Shown piece by piece: positions 52,043-62,618 of a stretch of 64,000 bases of DNA. Source of the DNA: Waterburya sp. (GTDB lineage Bacteria; Cyanobacteriota; Cyanobacteriia; Cyanobacteriales; Xenococcaceae); NCBI GenBank assembly GCA_965217895.1, contig CBDCJV010000002.1, positions 4,640,001 through 4,704,000 of the forward strand. Direction: 5' to 3'. The notes below the pieces were generated by a model, which had not been told where the DNA came from, made no database searches, and saw only the letters and a list, made by a program, of their open reading frames with translations. Both the position numbers and the translations under genes were made by a program. Positions within the stretch are counted from its first letter, which is position 1. Each line of letters starts with the position of its first letter.

Positions 52043-52519
52043 CTATGAACCACCAAATTCTTCTTTGAGGATTTCGTCATTGTCATCGGCAATATTAGCA
52101 ACAAGGGTAACTAAACGGGAAATCTCTCCAGGATACATATCCGCAACCGTACGTTGAGCCGAAGCCATGACCTTATTATCATGAATACTAAAGCAAGTTT
52201 CAAAAGTACCTGTCCAGTTCATTTCTAAAAGACGACGCATCAATCCAGGCTCATCTTTAGCGGGTAACTTTAGCAAACTAGACCAAACGGTTAAAAGGTC
52301 TTCATCGCTTTCTCCTGTAAGCTGAACAAAAACCTCTACACTGCCGTAATTAAATTTCCACAGGCTTCCTTCGGCAGTATGATTTACCATTGCTGTATTG
52401 TCTTGATCGAGGCTAGAAATTACAGTTTCGATAACTTCTTTATGACTAGATTTTTCTTCCATCAAATCATTCACAGCCTTGGCGGTGTCTACTTCTAAAT
52501 TGGAAATTTGCTCGATCAT
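52043..52519 (-). CDS. YbjN-domain protein
   Basis: WKFNYGSVEVFVQL, LMRRLLEMNW. Confidence 0.8.
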   Translation of the reverse strand: MIEQISNLEVDTAKAVNDLMEEKSSHKEVIETVISSLDQDNTAMVNHTAEGSLWKFNYGSVEVFVQLTGESDEDLLTVWSSLLKLPAKDEPGLMRRLLEMNWTGTFETCFSIHDNKVMASAQRTVADMYPGEISRLVTLVANIADDNDEILKEEFGGS

Positions 52520-52854
52520 GATAGCTTTCCTAATATTTAAATTAATGCCGACATCGTGAATTTAGCATCAAGTGTTGATAATTGCTAATTTTGGATTTCT
52601 TTATGGCAATGAAATGTAGTAATACCTCCCATTGTACTCATATTTATATCAAGCGTATAATAAGAAGTCTGATTCTATAGATAGATGTTTACTTAGTACC
52701 TTAGCAATAATGCTAGATTAAGAAGTATAAATGCTTAGTTGCACTAAACTTTAACTAAAGAGCCACTTTTTTACAGCTAGAGGTTAAGCAATTACTGCAA
52801 CTGGATAGATAGTCGTGGCATAATACAAATTTAAATTGAAATAAGAGGACTCAT

Positions 52855-53079
52855 ATGAGCGATATACAAGAACAAATACAAAGAGAAAGAGAATCTGCCA
52901 GGGCAGTCTGTAGCACCGAAGGAGATACTTCAGGAGAATGTGCTGCTGCCTGGGATACAGTAGAAGAGCTATCGGCAGAAGCATCCCACAGAAAGCAAAA
53001 AGTTCCCCAAAAAAGCTCTCTAGAGCAGTATTGTGATGATAACCCTGATGCTTTAGAATGCCGAGTCTATGAAGACTAG
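52855..53079 (+). CDS. cp12: Calvin cycle protein CP12
   Basis: CAAAWDTVEEL and YCDDNPDALECRVYED. Confidence 0.96.
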   Translation: MSDIQEQIQRERESARAVCSTEGDTSGECAAAWDTVEELSAEASHRKQKVPQKSSLEQYCDDNPDALECRVYED

Positions 53080-53327
53080 TAATATAGTCTACTTTGGGTC
53101 AACGTTATAGTCTAAGGTTGAATAATTATTAATTAAATTGGGTGAGAATACGATCTATTCTCATCCTTATTTTTGGCTGTATACCTGAATTACAAAAAGC
53201 AAGATTGTTCCTCTGTAAGGTAACGTTGACTTTGAGCGATTGTTGATGCACTCTTAGAAATAATCTGGAGTTGTTTAAAGCTCAGGCGCAAATAAATAGT
53301 AATAGACACACTTTCGGCAGAACAATA

Positions 53328-53921
53328 ATGGATATTTGGTTTAGACCTTTAGTATGGATGGACTATCGCTTAGGAGTATTACTGGCGGTAATTGTTCCTT
53401 TTGTGCTGTTAATTTGGGCTTTGTTTCAGAAACAAGAAGCCATGCAAAGATTACTGATTATCTATTGGCGAGTTGCCAGCTTGTTAATGATTACAGTTTA
53501 TCTATTAATTCCTGGTTGGAAAATTGGCTTTATCAGTGGTTTTGCTGCCCGTGTTTTAATCCCTATTTCTTTGTGGTTTTGGGTAGATTTAAATGAAGAA
53601 ATTCGCGACATACCCCAAAGTCTCCTCAAGCTAGTCTTCACTTCCTGGCGTTGGGCAATGACTGGCTATTGTGTTTTAGGTGCGATCGCCAAAGCTTTCT
53701 TTCTCCCCTGTGGTATATCTGATACTAGAATGAAGACTTCTTTCTGCCAAGTTTGGTTGGAAGCACCTCAAGCCTATCGCGACTTTTTTCATACTAAGTC
53801 GGGAAACGAAGGTTTCCTAGGCTTTTTGGGCGCAGTTGGTTTAGTAATTTATATTATTTATTTAGTCTATTTTGTGCTGATTCGTTTAGGTAAACAGGGA
53901 CGATCTGCGCTGGAACAGTAG
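53328..53921 (+). CDS. DUF3177 family membrane protein
   Basis: LVWMDYRL, IYWRVASLL, LWFWVDLNEE, RLGKQGRSA; likely ATG at 53328. Confidence 0.82.
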   Translation: MDIWFRPLVWMDYRLGVLLAVIVPFVLLIWALFQKQEAMQRLLIIYWRVASLLMITVYLLIPGWKIGFISGFAARVLIPISLWFWVDLNEEIRDIPQSLLKLVFTSWRWAMTGYCVLGAIAKAFFLPCGISDTRMKTSFCQVWLEAPQAYRDFFHTKSGNEGFLGFLGAVGLVIYIIYLVYFVLIRLGKQGRSALEQ

Positions 53922-54011
53922 AATTATAACAATCAAGATTATTTTAGAATCTACAAAAATTTATCTTAGGCTAAAAGCTAAAAGCTAAAAGCTAAAAGCT
54001 AAAAAAAGTTT

Positions 54012-54314
54012 ATGTCTGAATCTATTGGTCTGCGCCTAGAAAAATATACCCTGAAGCAAAAACAAGAAGTGTTGCTGGTCAACTTAGAAACAGCTTCTGG
54101 TGAACCAGATATAGTAATGATCTTTGCTGGTTTTTCTAGTTCTTTGATGAAAGAGACTGCTTTTGATCCTGATGTTCCAGTAATTGCTGCCGATTCTAAA
54201 ATTATTTCTATAGATCGTCTTATTGCGCCTTACAACCCAGATAACCCTCAATACATTACAACTGGATTAACTTGGGAGGCGATGCAGAATATTCTACAGA
54301 AAATTAATCTCTAA
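54012..54314 (+). CDS. Conserved hypothetical protein
   Basis: LEKYT, FAGFSSSL, DPDVPV, APYNP pattern typical of cyanobacteria. Confidence 0.78.
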   Translation: MSESIGLRLEKYTLKQKQEVLLVNLETASGEPDIVMIFAGFSSSLMKETAFDPDVPVIAADSKIISIDRLIAPYNPDNPQYITTGLTWEAMQNILQKINL

Positions 54315-54545
54315 TTTTTATCTGCTACTCACTTTATCAATAACTCACTAAGCATCTATACTCAAGGTAAATATATTTAACCCAAAATTAAAATCGATCG
54401 CTTAATTTATTTAATAAACTTGAGCAATCAAAAGCAAAAATTCAGATTTATATAGTAAAATTTCTGCTAATTATAAATTTTTTCATAAGACTAAAGTTAC
54501 TATTAATTTTCGCTCTAGATTTATGGATATAGGAGTATATTTGGT

Positions 54546-55955
54546 GTGAGTAATTTTGCAAAAACTATATTAGATACAAATCAGTTACCCCAAACACCTT
54601 TATTTGGTACAGATGGAATTCGTGGCAAGGCGGGAGATATTTTAACCGCGCCTTTTACTCTTCAGTTGGGTTATTGGGCAGGAAAAGTGCTTGAAGAATC
54701 TGCCAAAAACAAAGGTCCGATAATTATTGGACAAGACTCTCGTAATTCTAGCGGTATGCTATCGAGTGCGATCGCAGCAGGATTAACTTCTGCGGGATTA
54801 GAAGTTTGGCACTTGGGCTTGTGTCCTACTCCCTGTGTTGCTACTCTAACCAGCAAAAGTGAAGCAGTAGGAGGAATTATGATCTCTGCTAGCCATAACC
54901 CGCCTCAAGACAATGGGATTAAGTTTTTTGGTAAAAAAGGAACTAAATTGGCTGATAGCTTGACCCAAAAAATAGAGGCGCACCTCAGAAAAAATCATTT
55001 ACAAGACGAGGTAAACGTAAACTGGGGGAAAACTTACTATCGCCCAGAATTGGTTAAACAATATGTTCGGGTACTTAAAGCATCATTACCGAAAAATTTA
55101 AATTTTCAGAGAATGCGAATTGTCTTAGATTTAGCTTGGGGGGCATCTGTGGAAGTCGCTCCTGCTATATTTCAGGAATTAGGTGCAGAGGTGATTTGTC
55201 TTCATTCCTTAGCCGATGGAGATCGCATTAACGTCAACTGTGGTTCAACTCACCTAGACACGATTAAGCTAGCAGTCAAAGAGCATCAGGCTGATTTAGG
55301 ATTTGCCTTTGATGGAGATGCCGATCGAGTTATGGCAATTGATAGCCAAGGTAGAGTAATTGATGGGGACTATATCCTCTATTTATGGGGCGATAAACTC
55401 AAGCAACAACAGCAGCTACCAGATGATTTAATTGTGGCTACTGTGATGGCAAATCTTGGCTTTGAACGCGCTTGGCAAGCTAAAGGGGGCAAAATGCAGC
55501 GGACGGCGGTAGGCGATCGCCATGTTCAAGAGGCTATGTGGCTTACAGGAGCAATGCTGGGGGGAGAACAGTCAGGACATATTCTTTGTCATCATCATGG
55601 TGTTTCTGGTGATGGAATTCAAACCGCATTACATTTAACTTCTTTGGTATGCCAAGCAGATACTTCTTTGGCAAATTTAGTAGATAACAGCTTCCAAACC
55701 TATCCCCAAATTCTGCGTAACGTAATAGTTGAAGATCGCGAACGTAGGAGTAGATGGCAAGAATGCGAACTCGTGCAACAGGCGATCGCTCAAGCAGAAG
55801 CAGCTATGGGAGAACAAGGACGCATTTTAGTTCGTGCTTCGGGAACAGAGCCTTTAATTCGCGTAATGGTAGAAGCTGTCGATCGCAAGTTAACTAGTTA
55901 TTGGACAGATAAGTTAGTGCAAGTTGTAGAACAAAATTTGGCAGCGAAAGCTTGA
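54546..55955 (+). CDS. glmM: Phosphoglucosamine mutase
   Basis: [43 protein letters not shown]. Confidence 0.95.
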   Translation: MSNFAKTILDTNQLPQTPLFGTDGIRGKAGDILTAPFTLQLGYWAGKVLEESAKNKGPIIIGQDSRNSSGMLSSAIAAGLTSAGLEVWHLGLCPTPCVATLTSKSEAVGGIMISASHNPPQDNGIKFFGKKGTKLADSLTQKIEAHLRKNHLQDEVNVNWGKTYYRPELVKQYVRVLKASLPKNLNFQRMRIVLDLAWGASVEVAPAIFQELGAEVICLHSLADGDRINVNCGSTHLDTIKLAVKEHQADLGFAFDGDADRVMAIDSQGRVIDGDYILYLWGDKLKQQQQLPDDLIVATVMANLGFERAWQAKGGKMQRTAVGDRHVQEAMWLTGAMLGGEQSGHILCHHHGVSGDGIQTALHLTSLVCQADTSLANLVDNSFQTYPQILRNVIVEDRERRSRWQECELVQQAIAQAEAAMGEQGRILVRASGTEPLIRVMVEAVDRKLTSYWTDKLVQVVEQNLAAKA

Positions 55956-56065
55956 AGGGATTAAGTATGAGATAGGAAGTAGAAAGTAGGAAATACGATA
56001 ACTACACAATCTCTTTGATCCCTACACCTTTTTAAAGCCTTTGTTCCCCATCCCTTAAAAATCCT

Positions 56066-56650
56066 TCATCCTTTTAAAGCCATATCTGGTTGCTCTACCT
56101 GAGCTAATTTTTCTTTATTCTGACGACGTTTTTTAGCATAAAGCTGGATACTCGCCACCATAGCTAATACCAAACCTGCTATTAGCCAAGTAGTTAAATC
56201 TAAAGGTAAACTGTTTTTAAATACTGCCAAAAGAACAATTAAGACCAAAAGTATTGTTGGTGCTTCATTTAAAGCTCTAAACTGTTGTCCTGTCCAGCCA
56301 CATTCTCCAGCAGCTAATTGCTTCATTATTCTCTTGCAGAAAAAATGATAGCCAATCAGCAAAAGCACAAAAGTTAATTTAATATGCAGCCAAGTAGATT
56401 TGAGAATTTCTGGTTCAGTAGAAATTAAGCCGATCGCCATGACTACAGTTACAATCATTCCTGGAGTGGTAATGATGCCGTAAAGACGTTTCTCCATTAG
56501 CTCGTATTGCTTGGTAAGAATGCTACGAGCAGGTTCGCTTTCTTGTTCTGCTTCTGCGTGATAAACAAACAGTCGCACAAGATAAAATAAGCCTGCAAAC
56601 CACACCACTACACCAATTAAGTGAAATGCTTTAAACCAGTAATAAGCCAT
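56066..56650 (-). CDS. hemJ: Protoporphyrinogen oxidase HemJ
   Basis: WFKAFHLIGVVVWFAGLFYLVRLFVYHAE, MEKRL, FRALNEAPT. Confidence 0.95.
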   Translation of the reverse strand: MAYYWFKAFHLIGVVVWFAGLFYLVRLFVYHAEAEQESEPARSILTKQYELMEKRLYGIITTPGMIVTVVMAIGLISTEPEILKSTWLHIKLTFVLLLIGYHFFCKRIMKQLAAGECGWTGQQFRALNEAPTILLVLIVLLAVFKNSLPLDLTTWLIAGLVLAMVASIQLYAKKRRQNKEKLAQVEQPDMALKG

Positions 56651-56765
56651 AAAAAAATATCTCGATCAAAATTATTCCGTCTGTATGTGAGTCTATATTC
56701 TTCTCACGGTACAAATCACTACTACGCAATAAAATTTTAAAGACTAACAAAATAGAATGAGATAG

Positions 56766-57113
56766 CGGGACTGGCCAGATTTGAACTGGCGACCTAGCGC
56801 TTCAGATTGGTGTGAGTTTCCCCACTCTCTGGACTATCCCTTCACCCTGGGTAAATTACCTTTAGGCGGTGGCCGTTATGTTGTAGGCTAATTTAGATAA
56901 ATTTAGCTCTTTGCTCTTTCCTGATTTTAGACCTACAACCAGTCTCTGCACCTTCTCTACCAGGAACTATAGAGCTTGGCTCAAGATTACCGTGGTTGTA
57001 AATAACCACAACTTTAGGCTTCCTTGAATTTGACCACATTCATAAATGAAGTTTCCTTCACCATGCCCGATTTTTCAGGAGGCGCTTGCTCTATCCTACT
57101 GAGCCACAGCCCC
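56766..57113 (-). tRNA. trnR: tRNA-Arg(CCU) interrupted by a group I intron
   Basis: Exon 1 57113-57077 GGGGCTGTGGCTCAGTAGGATAGAGCAAGCGCCTCCT plus exon 2 56802-56766 AAGCGCTAGGTCGCCAGTTCAAATCTGGCCAGTCCCG give a 74-nt cloverleaf with anticodon CCT. Confidence 0.93.
56803..57076 (-). ncRNA. Group I self-splicing intron (IC3-like), 274 nt, no ORF
   Basis: P1 CCU|GA-AAAA-UCGGG with U-G at the splice site; core AAUUCAAGGAAGCC, AAUCUUGAGCCAAG, GUGCAGAGACU, AAGGGAUAGUCC; terminal G. Confidence 0.92.
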
Positions 57114-57300
57114 CAGCATATCTCAATCTAAACATAAACTAGGATCAAAAGCTAAATTGAAGAACTCTATTTTTGTATATAAAACTTTACTTGATTAATA
57201 AATATTGCAACATCGATTAATACTTCTGTTAACTAAAGAAATAAAATTATTATCGATTCAGCAAAGATAAACAAATAGACAATATTAGGAGAAATTTACT

Positions 57301-57564
57301 TTGACTTATTTAACATTATTAGCAGCAACAGTACCCAACACCGTATCCTGGAGTCCTAAAGTGGCTATTGTGATGATTGTTTGTAATATAGCTGCGATCG
57401 CTTTTGGTAAGTTTACCATCAAAAATAAAAGTGCTGGACCTGCCTTGCCTTCTCCAGCCTTATTTGGCGGCATGGGACTACCTGCACTGTTAGGTACTAC
57501 TAGTTTCGGTCATCTTTTAGGTGCAGGGGTGATTTTAGGCTTGGCTAATGCTGGCGCACTTTAA
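57301..57564 (+). CDS. psaK: Photosystem I reaction centre subunit PsaK
   Basis: WSPKVAIVMIVCN, LLGTTSFGHLLGAGVILGLAN; TTG start with AGGAG RBS. Confidence 0.93.
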   Translation: MTYLTLLAATVPNTVSWSPKVAIVMIVCNIAAIAFGKFTIKNKSAGPALPSPALFGGMGLPALLGTTSFGHLLGAGVILGLANAGAL

Positions 57565-58052
57565 TCGAAATTAAAAATAATTTTATCAGGAGCTAGTAAT
57601 TTTACTGGCTCTTAATTTTTTGTAATGACCCAAGTACAATGGTTTGGACAAAATTTTATTGTTAACGAAATAATAGATGTTTGACCCTTGTTTGAGATTA
57701 AGATAGTTAACGGTAAATTGGGGTTTTAAACTGCTCTAACTGTCCTAACTGTCCTAACTGTCGAAGTAGCTAGGCGAAATTAAATGTAAAAAGTAAAATT
57801 CTCCAAATGATAATTACCTATTTCGCTATGATTTTTCATATTTTGTATAATCATTAGCTAGTTCTTTATAAAGAATAGAAATATCTCTGTGTTTTTGGTA
57901 ATATGTGTGAACTAAACAAAAGTCGGGTATATACACTGAACTACAATACTTAATACTTAAAACAAGATAACTCTTCCATATATCTTACCTATCTAACCTA
58001 TATAATTATCGCCATTATCGCCAGTAAATCAAATCATAATTTTAAACCTAAA

Positions 58053-61000
58053 ATGTTACATAAAAGAAATAATTCTGTAATTACATTAGCTGTACTATTG
58101 GCTTTGGTCGGAGTATCAAAACCAGCAAAGGCTTTCCTTTTGGCTCAAGCTGATGAAGTTAAAACAACTTTTACTCTTCCCGATCAACTTCCTAAGAATG
58201 CCACAGTAAAAGTGGCAGCCTCTAATAGTATTAATAGCATTGACCAAGGATTAAAAAAAAGTTTTACGGAAAAATATCCTAATGCAAAAGTTAACATCAA
58301 AACCCAAAGCTCGGACGAGGCTTTAAACGCTGTAGCAGCAGGAAAAACTGACATAGCAGCAATTGGCAGATCTTTAACTGAAGCAGAAAAAGGCAAGGGA
58401 TTAATTGCAGTTCCTGTAAGTCGAGAAAAAATCGCGATCGTCGTTTCTAAAAATAACCCTTACAGTGGCAATTTAAGCTTCACTCAATTTGCTCAGATAT
58501 TTAAAGGAGAAATTACAGACTGGTCTGAAGTGGGCGGAGATCCTGGTGCTATTAAGCTAGTAGACTTACCAGATAGCAACGATACAAGAAGAGCTTTTCC
58601 TAACTATTCAATTTTCCAAGATGGAGAATTGGCGACGGGATCTAATGCCGTAAAAGTAGATCGAGACAACATTGACGCAATGGTTAGTCAGTTAGGTAAT
58701 AACGGTATTAGTTATGCAGTGGCAGATGATGTGATCGATAGAGATGATATCAAGGTAGTATCGATGCACCAGACTCAGCCTGACGATCCTCGGTATCCTT
58801 TTTCTCAACCTTTTAATTTAGTATATCAGGGAACTCCCAGTGAAGCTACCCAAGCTTTCTTGGGTTTTGCCACTACCAAAGAAGGACAAAAGACAATTGC
58901 TAGTAGAGTAGGTTCTATTCCTGCAACCACAGCAGCAGCAACCGCGATCGCGCCTAATCTAGGCAATAAGACACCTAGAGCAACTCTTGCTACTGCCGAT
59001 TCTTCAGCCAATGGCAATGGCGATGTTAAAAACAAAGTGGCTCAAGCTAACGGCGATGCTAATGCTGGCATTGCGTTAGCTGACGGCAATGCCGATACAA
59101 AAGACAAGATTGCTCAAGCTGATGGCAATACTCCGACACAGACAAATCCTAATTTAGAAGGTAGTGGTACAGCTAGCACCGATTTAGAAGATAGTGGTAC
59201 AGTCAATCCTAATTTAAAAGGTAGTGGCACAGCTAACACCGATTTAGAAGATAGTGGTACAGCCAATCCTAATTTGAAAGGTAGTGGTACAGCTAATACC
59301 GATTTAGAAGGTAGTGGTACAGCCAATCCCGAATTTCAAGACAGTGGCGTAGTTAATTCTGATGTAAAAGAAAGCGGTGAAGTTAATCCTGATGTAAAAG
59401 AAAGCGGTGCAGCTAACATTGATGCAATTGCTCAAGCAGATGCCAATCCAAACGCAGCAGATGCGGAAAATGCTCAGGGTGAGGCGAGCGCTACAAAAAA
59501 GGGTAATTGGTGGTGGTGGATACCTTTAATAATAGGATTACCACTTTTAGGATTACTGGGTATGTCCTCTTTAAAACGTGGAAACAGAAGCGATCGAGAA
59601 CCTGCTATCGGCAATACTCCTTCACCTAACGATCCTCAAGGAGGCAGTGTTGCCTTCGATCCAGATATTGATGGTGTATCAGCTAGAGGAACGACTGCAA
59701 CCAGTGATTTGGGAACAACCTCTAACTTAGAAGGTGCTGCCATAGCAACTGGAGGAGCAGCATTAGCAGGAGGTGCAGCAGCTACTAATAGAATAGGCGA
59801 TCGCCATAATCAAAATATTGAAGATGTTGATACCGATGAGGTTGAGTTAGAAAATGCGGTTGCTCAACCAGAAACTGATATCGATAATCTTATAGTTGAA
59901 ATACCTCCCGATCCCGTAAATGAATTTACAACAGATCAAGAAACAAAATTACAAACTACTGAACAGTCAACAAGACTACAGGTAGATGATACAAATGATT
60001 CTTCTGGTTTACTTGACAATGTATCGGCAACTGGTGCAGCCTTAGGAGGCAGCGCAGCAGCGGCTTCTGGATTTTTTGGCGATCGAGAAGATTCTGTTGA
60101 AGAAACTACAGAGTCATTGGCAGAAGATAATGACATCACCTACGCTCAACCTGATTATATTGATGATCGATCAAGAAGATCGCAGGTTGATGAACCAGAT
60201 TACTCTGAAGCCAATGCTAATTTTGATCGAGCAACCGAAGAAGATACTGCCTTTGAGACTGAAAATGCTAGAGAGTTTAGAGGTGATTATGTCCTCAGAG
60301 AAGAAATTCCAAATGAAGAAATCAGTTCAGAAATCGAAGAGGACGATACAACAGCTATTGGAGACAGCAATTGGGTAGACAGCACCACTAACGATTGGAA
60401 TGCACCAGACAGCACAGTCTCAAGTTCTATAGATAATACCGTCACTACTGATAATGATTTAGATCTAGATTTATCAGAGGATGAAGATACAAGCTTTGAG
60501 CAAACATCAGGTTTTGCCAATGATGCGACTCAGACTGAAGGCGCGACAGCAGGAGGAGCAGCCCTTGGTGGTGCAGCAGCATCTGGATTTTTCGCTAATC
60601 AAGACAGTGAGCAACCGACGGAAATAGATTCAGAAGACAGCAACTGGGTAGACAGCACCACTAGCGATTGGAATGCACCAGATAGCACAGTCTCAGATTC
60701 TGTAGATAATACCGTCACTACTGATAATGATTTAGATCTAGATTTATCAGAGGATGAAGATACAAGCTTTGAGCAAACATCAGGTTTTGCCAATGATGCG
60801 ACTCAGACTGAAGGCGCGACAGCAGGAGGAGCAGCCCTTGGTGGTGCAGCAGCATCTGGATTTTTCGCTAATCAAGACAGTGAGCAACCGACGGAAATAG
60901 ATTCAGAAGACAGCAACTGGGTAGACAGCACCACTAGCGATTGGAATGCACCAGACAGCACAGTCTCAGATTCTGTAGATAATACCGTCACTACTGATAA

Positions 61001-62411
61001 TGATTTAGATCTAGATTTATCAGAGGATGAAGATACAAGCTTTGAGCAAACATCAGGTTTTGCCAATGATGCGACTCAGACTGAAGGCGCGACAGCAGGA
61101 GGAGCAGCCCTTGGTGGTGCAGCAGCATCTGGATTTTTCGCTAATCAAGACAGTGAGCAACCGACGGAAATAGATTCAGAAGACAGCAACTGGGTAGACA
61201 GCACCACTAGCGATTGGAATGCACCAGATAGCACAGTCTCAGATTCTGTAGATAACACCGTCACTACTGATAATGATTTAGATCTAGATTTATCAGAGGA
61301 TGAAGATACAAGCTTTGAGCAAACATCAGGTTTTGCCAATGATGCGACTCAGACTGAAGGCGCGACAGCAGGAGGAGCAGCCCTTGGTGGTGCAGCAGCA
61401 TCTGGATTTTTCGCTAATCAAGACAGTGAGCAACCGACGGAAATAGATTCAGAAGACAGCAACTGGGTAGACAGCACCACTAGCGATTGGAATGCACCAG
61501 ATAGCACAGTTTCAGATTCTGTAGATAATACCGTCACTACTGATAATGATTTGGAGATAGAAGATAGTGATTTTATATTAGACAACAGAATTGACAATGA
61601 CTTTGAAACTAATATTATCGCTGATGCTGAAGTTACTTCTTATGATACGGATCATAGCTTAGATGATCTCGCTAATTCAGACGACATTAGCTTAGACGAG
61701 ATTACCTTTGATGATGCGGATAGTTCGCTTAGTCCTAGTTCAAATGAATTCGCTTTTGATGAGACTACTGACTCAAGCGACATTAGCTTAGACGAGATTA
61801 CCTTTGATGATGCGGATAGTTCGCTTAGTCCTAGTTCAAATGAATTCGCTTTTGATGAGACTGCTGACTCAAGCGACATTAGCTTAGACGAGATTACCTT
61901 TGATGATGCGGATAGTTCGCTTAGTCTTAGTTCAAATGAATTCACTTTTGATGAGACTACAGACTCAAACGACATTAGCTTAGACGAGATTACCCTTGAT
62001 GATGCTGATAACTCCATTGATGATTTAATTAATAGTATTGGTACAGATACTATTAATCAAAGAGTTGATTTAAATGAACTTGGTTTTGACCAAGGATTAG
62101 AGAGAAAAGGCAATTCACCTTCTGATTTATTAAGTGATAAAACCGCGGAAATAGACGACTTAGCCAATGATAAATCTGACGATATGGATAATATTTCTAC
62201 CTGGTTGGACGGATTAGAAACACCCGATCAAAATACCGAAAATATTTCAGAGTGGTTAGAAAATCTTAATGCTGATAGTGCTATTACGGATAACGAAGAA
62301 AGCAGCAATGATAAAAATCTAAGCTCGAATGAGGAAAATGAGGATATTTCATTTCAATTCCTTGAAGATTTATTAGATAGAGATCCAGATGCTAACCAAG
62401 ATAATAAATAG
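58053..62411 (+). CDS. PstS-like periplasmic binding domain fused to a TM helix and a long acidic repeat tail
   Basis: Signal peptide; DIAAIGRSL, IAIVVSKNNP, IFKGEITDWSEVGG; TM WWWWIPLIIGLPLLGLLG; about 940-aa D/E/S-rich tail. Confidence 0.8.
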   Translation: MLHKRNNSVITLAVLLALVGVSKPAKAFLLAQADEVKTTFTLPDQLPKNATVKVAASNSINSIDQGLKKSFTEKYPNAKVNIKTQSSDEALNAVAAGKTDIAAIGRSLTEAEKGKGLIAVPVSREKIAIVVSKNNPYSGNLSFTQFAQIFKGEITDWSEVGGDPGAIKLVDLPDSNDTRRAFPNYSIFQDGELATGSNAVKVDRDNIDAMVSQLGNNGISYAVADDVIDRDDIKVVSMHQTQPDDPRYPFSQPFNLVYQGTPSEATQAFLGFATTKEGQKTIASRVGSIPATTAAATAIAPNLGNKTPRATLATADSSANGNGDVKNKVAQANGDANAGIALADGNADTKDKIAQADGNTPTQTNPNLEGSGTASTDLEDSGTVNPNLKGSGTANTDLEDSGTANPNLKGSGTANTDLEGSGTANPEFQDSGVVNSDVKESGEVNPDVKESGAANIDAIAQADANPNAADAENAQGEASATKKGNWWWWIPLIIGLPLLGLLGMSSLKRGNRSDREPAIGNTPSPNDPQGGSVAFDPDIDGVSARGTTATSDLGTTSNLEGAAIATGGAALAGGAAATNRIGDRHNQNIEDVDTDEVELENAVAQPETDIDNLIVEIPPDPVNEFTTDQETKLQTTEQSTRLQVDDTNDSSGLLDNVSATGAALGGSAAAASGFFGDREDSVEETTESLAEDNDITYAQPDYIDDRSRRSQVDEPDYSEANANFDRATEEDTAFETENAREFRGDYVLREEIPNEEISSEIEEDDTTAIGDSNWVDSTTNDWNAPDSTVSSSIDNTVTTDNDLDLDLSEDEDTSFEQTSGFANDATQTEGATAGGAALGGAAASGFFANQDSEQPTEIDSEDSNWVDSTTSDWNAPDSTVSDSVDNTVTTDNDLDLDLSEDEDTSFEQTSGFANDATQTEGATAGGAALGGAAASGFFANQDSEQPTEIDSEDSNWVDSTTSDWNAPDSTVSDSVDNTVTTDNDLDLDLSEDEDTSFEQTSGFANDATQTEGATAGGAALGGAAASGFFANQDSEQPTEIDSEDSNWVDSTTSDWNAPDSTVSDSVDNTVTTDNDLDLDLSEDEDTSFEQTSGFANDATQTEGATAGGAALGGAAASGFFANQDSEQPTEIDSEDSNWVDSTTSDWNAPDSTVSDSVDNTVTTDNDLEIEDSDFILDNRIDNDFETNIIADAEVTSYDTDHSLDDLANSDDISLDEITFDDADSSLSPSSNEFAFDETTDSSDISLDEITFDDADSSLSPSSNEFAFDETADSSDISLDEITFDDADSSLSLSSNEFTFDETTDSNDISLDEITLDDADNSIDDLINSIGTDTINQRVDLNELGFDQGLERKGNSPSDLLSDKTAEIDDLANDKSDDMDNISTWLDGLETPDQNTENISEWLENLNADSAITDNEESSNDKNLSSNEENEDISFQFLEDLLDRDPDANQDNK
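59145..59420 (+). repeat. 30-bp (10-aa) coding tandem repeats
   Basis: Alternating NPNLKGSGTA / NTDLEDSGTA units, degenerating to NPDVKESG. Confidence 0.85.
60362..61551 (+). repeat. 273-bp (91-aa) near-identical coding tandem repeats, four full copies plus a partial one
   Basis: Unit starts agacagcaa(t/c)tgggtagacagcacc at 60362, 60635, 60908, 61181 and 61454. Confidence 0.95.
61682..62010 (+). repeat. 96-bp (32-aa) coding tandem repeats, three full copies plus a partial one
   Basis: cgacattagcttagacgagattacc at 61682, 61778, 61874 and 61970. Confidence 0.93.
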
Positions 62412-62618
62412 TTAGTTTTTTTGGCTATTGCTGCTTCTTGAAAATTATCGAAAATCCCTAATTTAAAAACTTGAACTGGGTTTTTTTTGCTCACATATTA
62501 GACAATGAAGTAAAGCTGTTGCTAAATATTTAAGAGCGATCGCCAAGATTAATTCCGCATTTAGGTTCTACCATTTATTAAACCGATAAATTTCAAAACA
62601 TCTCTTTTAAAATAAGTT

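Noticed and set aside
53970..54002. Heptamer runs (taaaagc) and similar runs near 1447, 4192, 4598, 15160, 19110 and 57736
   Set aside because: Ordinary cyanobacterial short tandem repeats; no further structure
56803..57076. Homing endonuclease inside the intron
   Set aside because: The intron is only 274 nt and holds no suitable ORF
30274..59326. Many short ORFs overlapping nirA, chlH, chlP, pheS, the antiporter, the oxidoreductase, glmM and the PstS-like gene
   Set aside because: Antisense or alternate-frame shadows of well-supported genes
60287..62017. Regularly spaced repeats and repeated antisense ORFs as a possible CRISPR array
   Set aside because: The units are 273-bp and 96-bp in-frame coding repeats without unique spacers, and no cas genes are present
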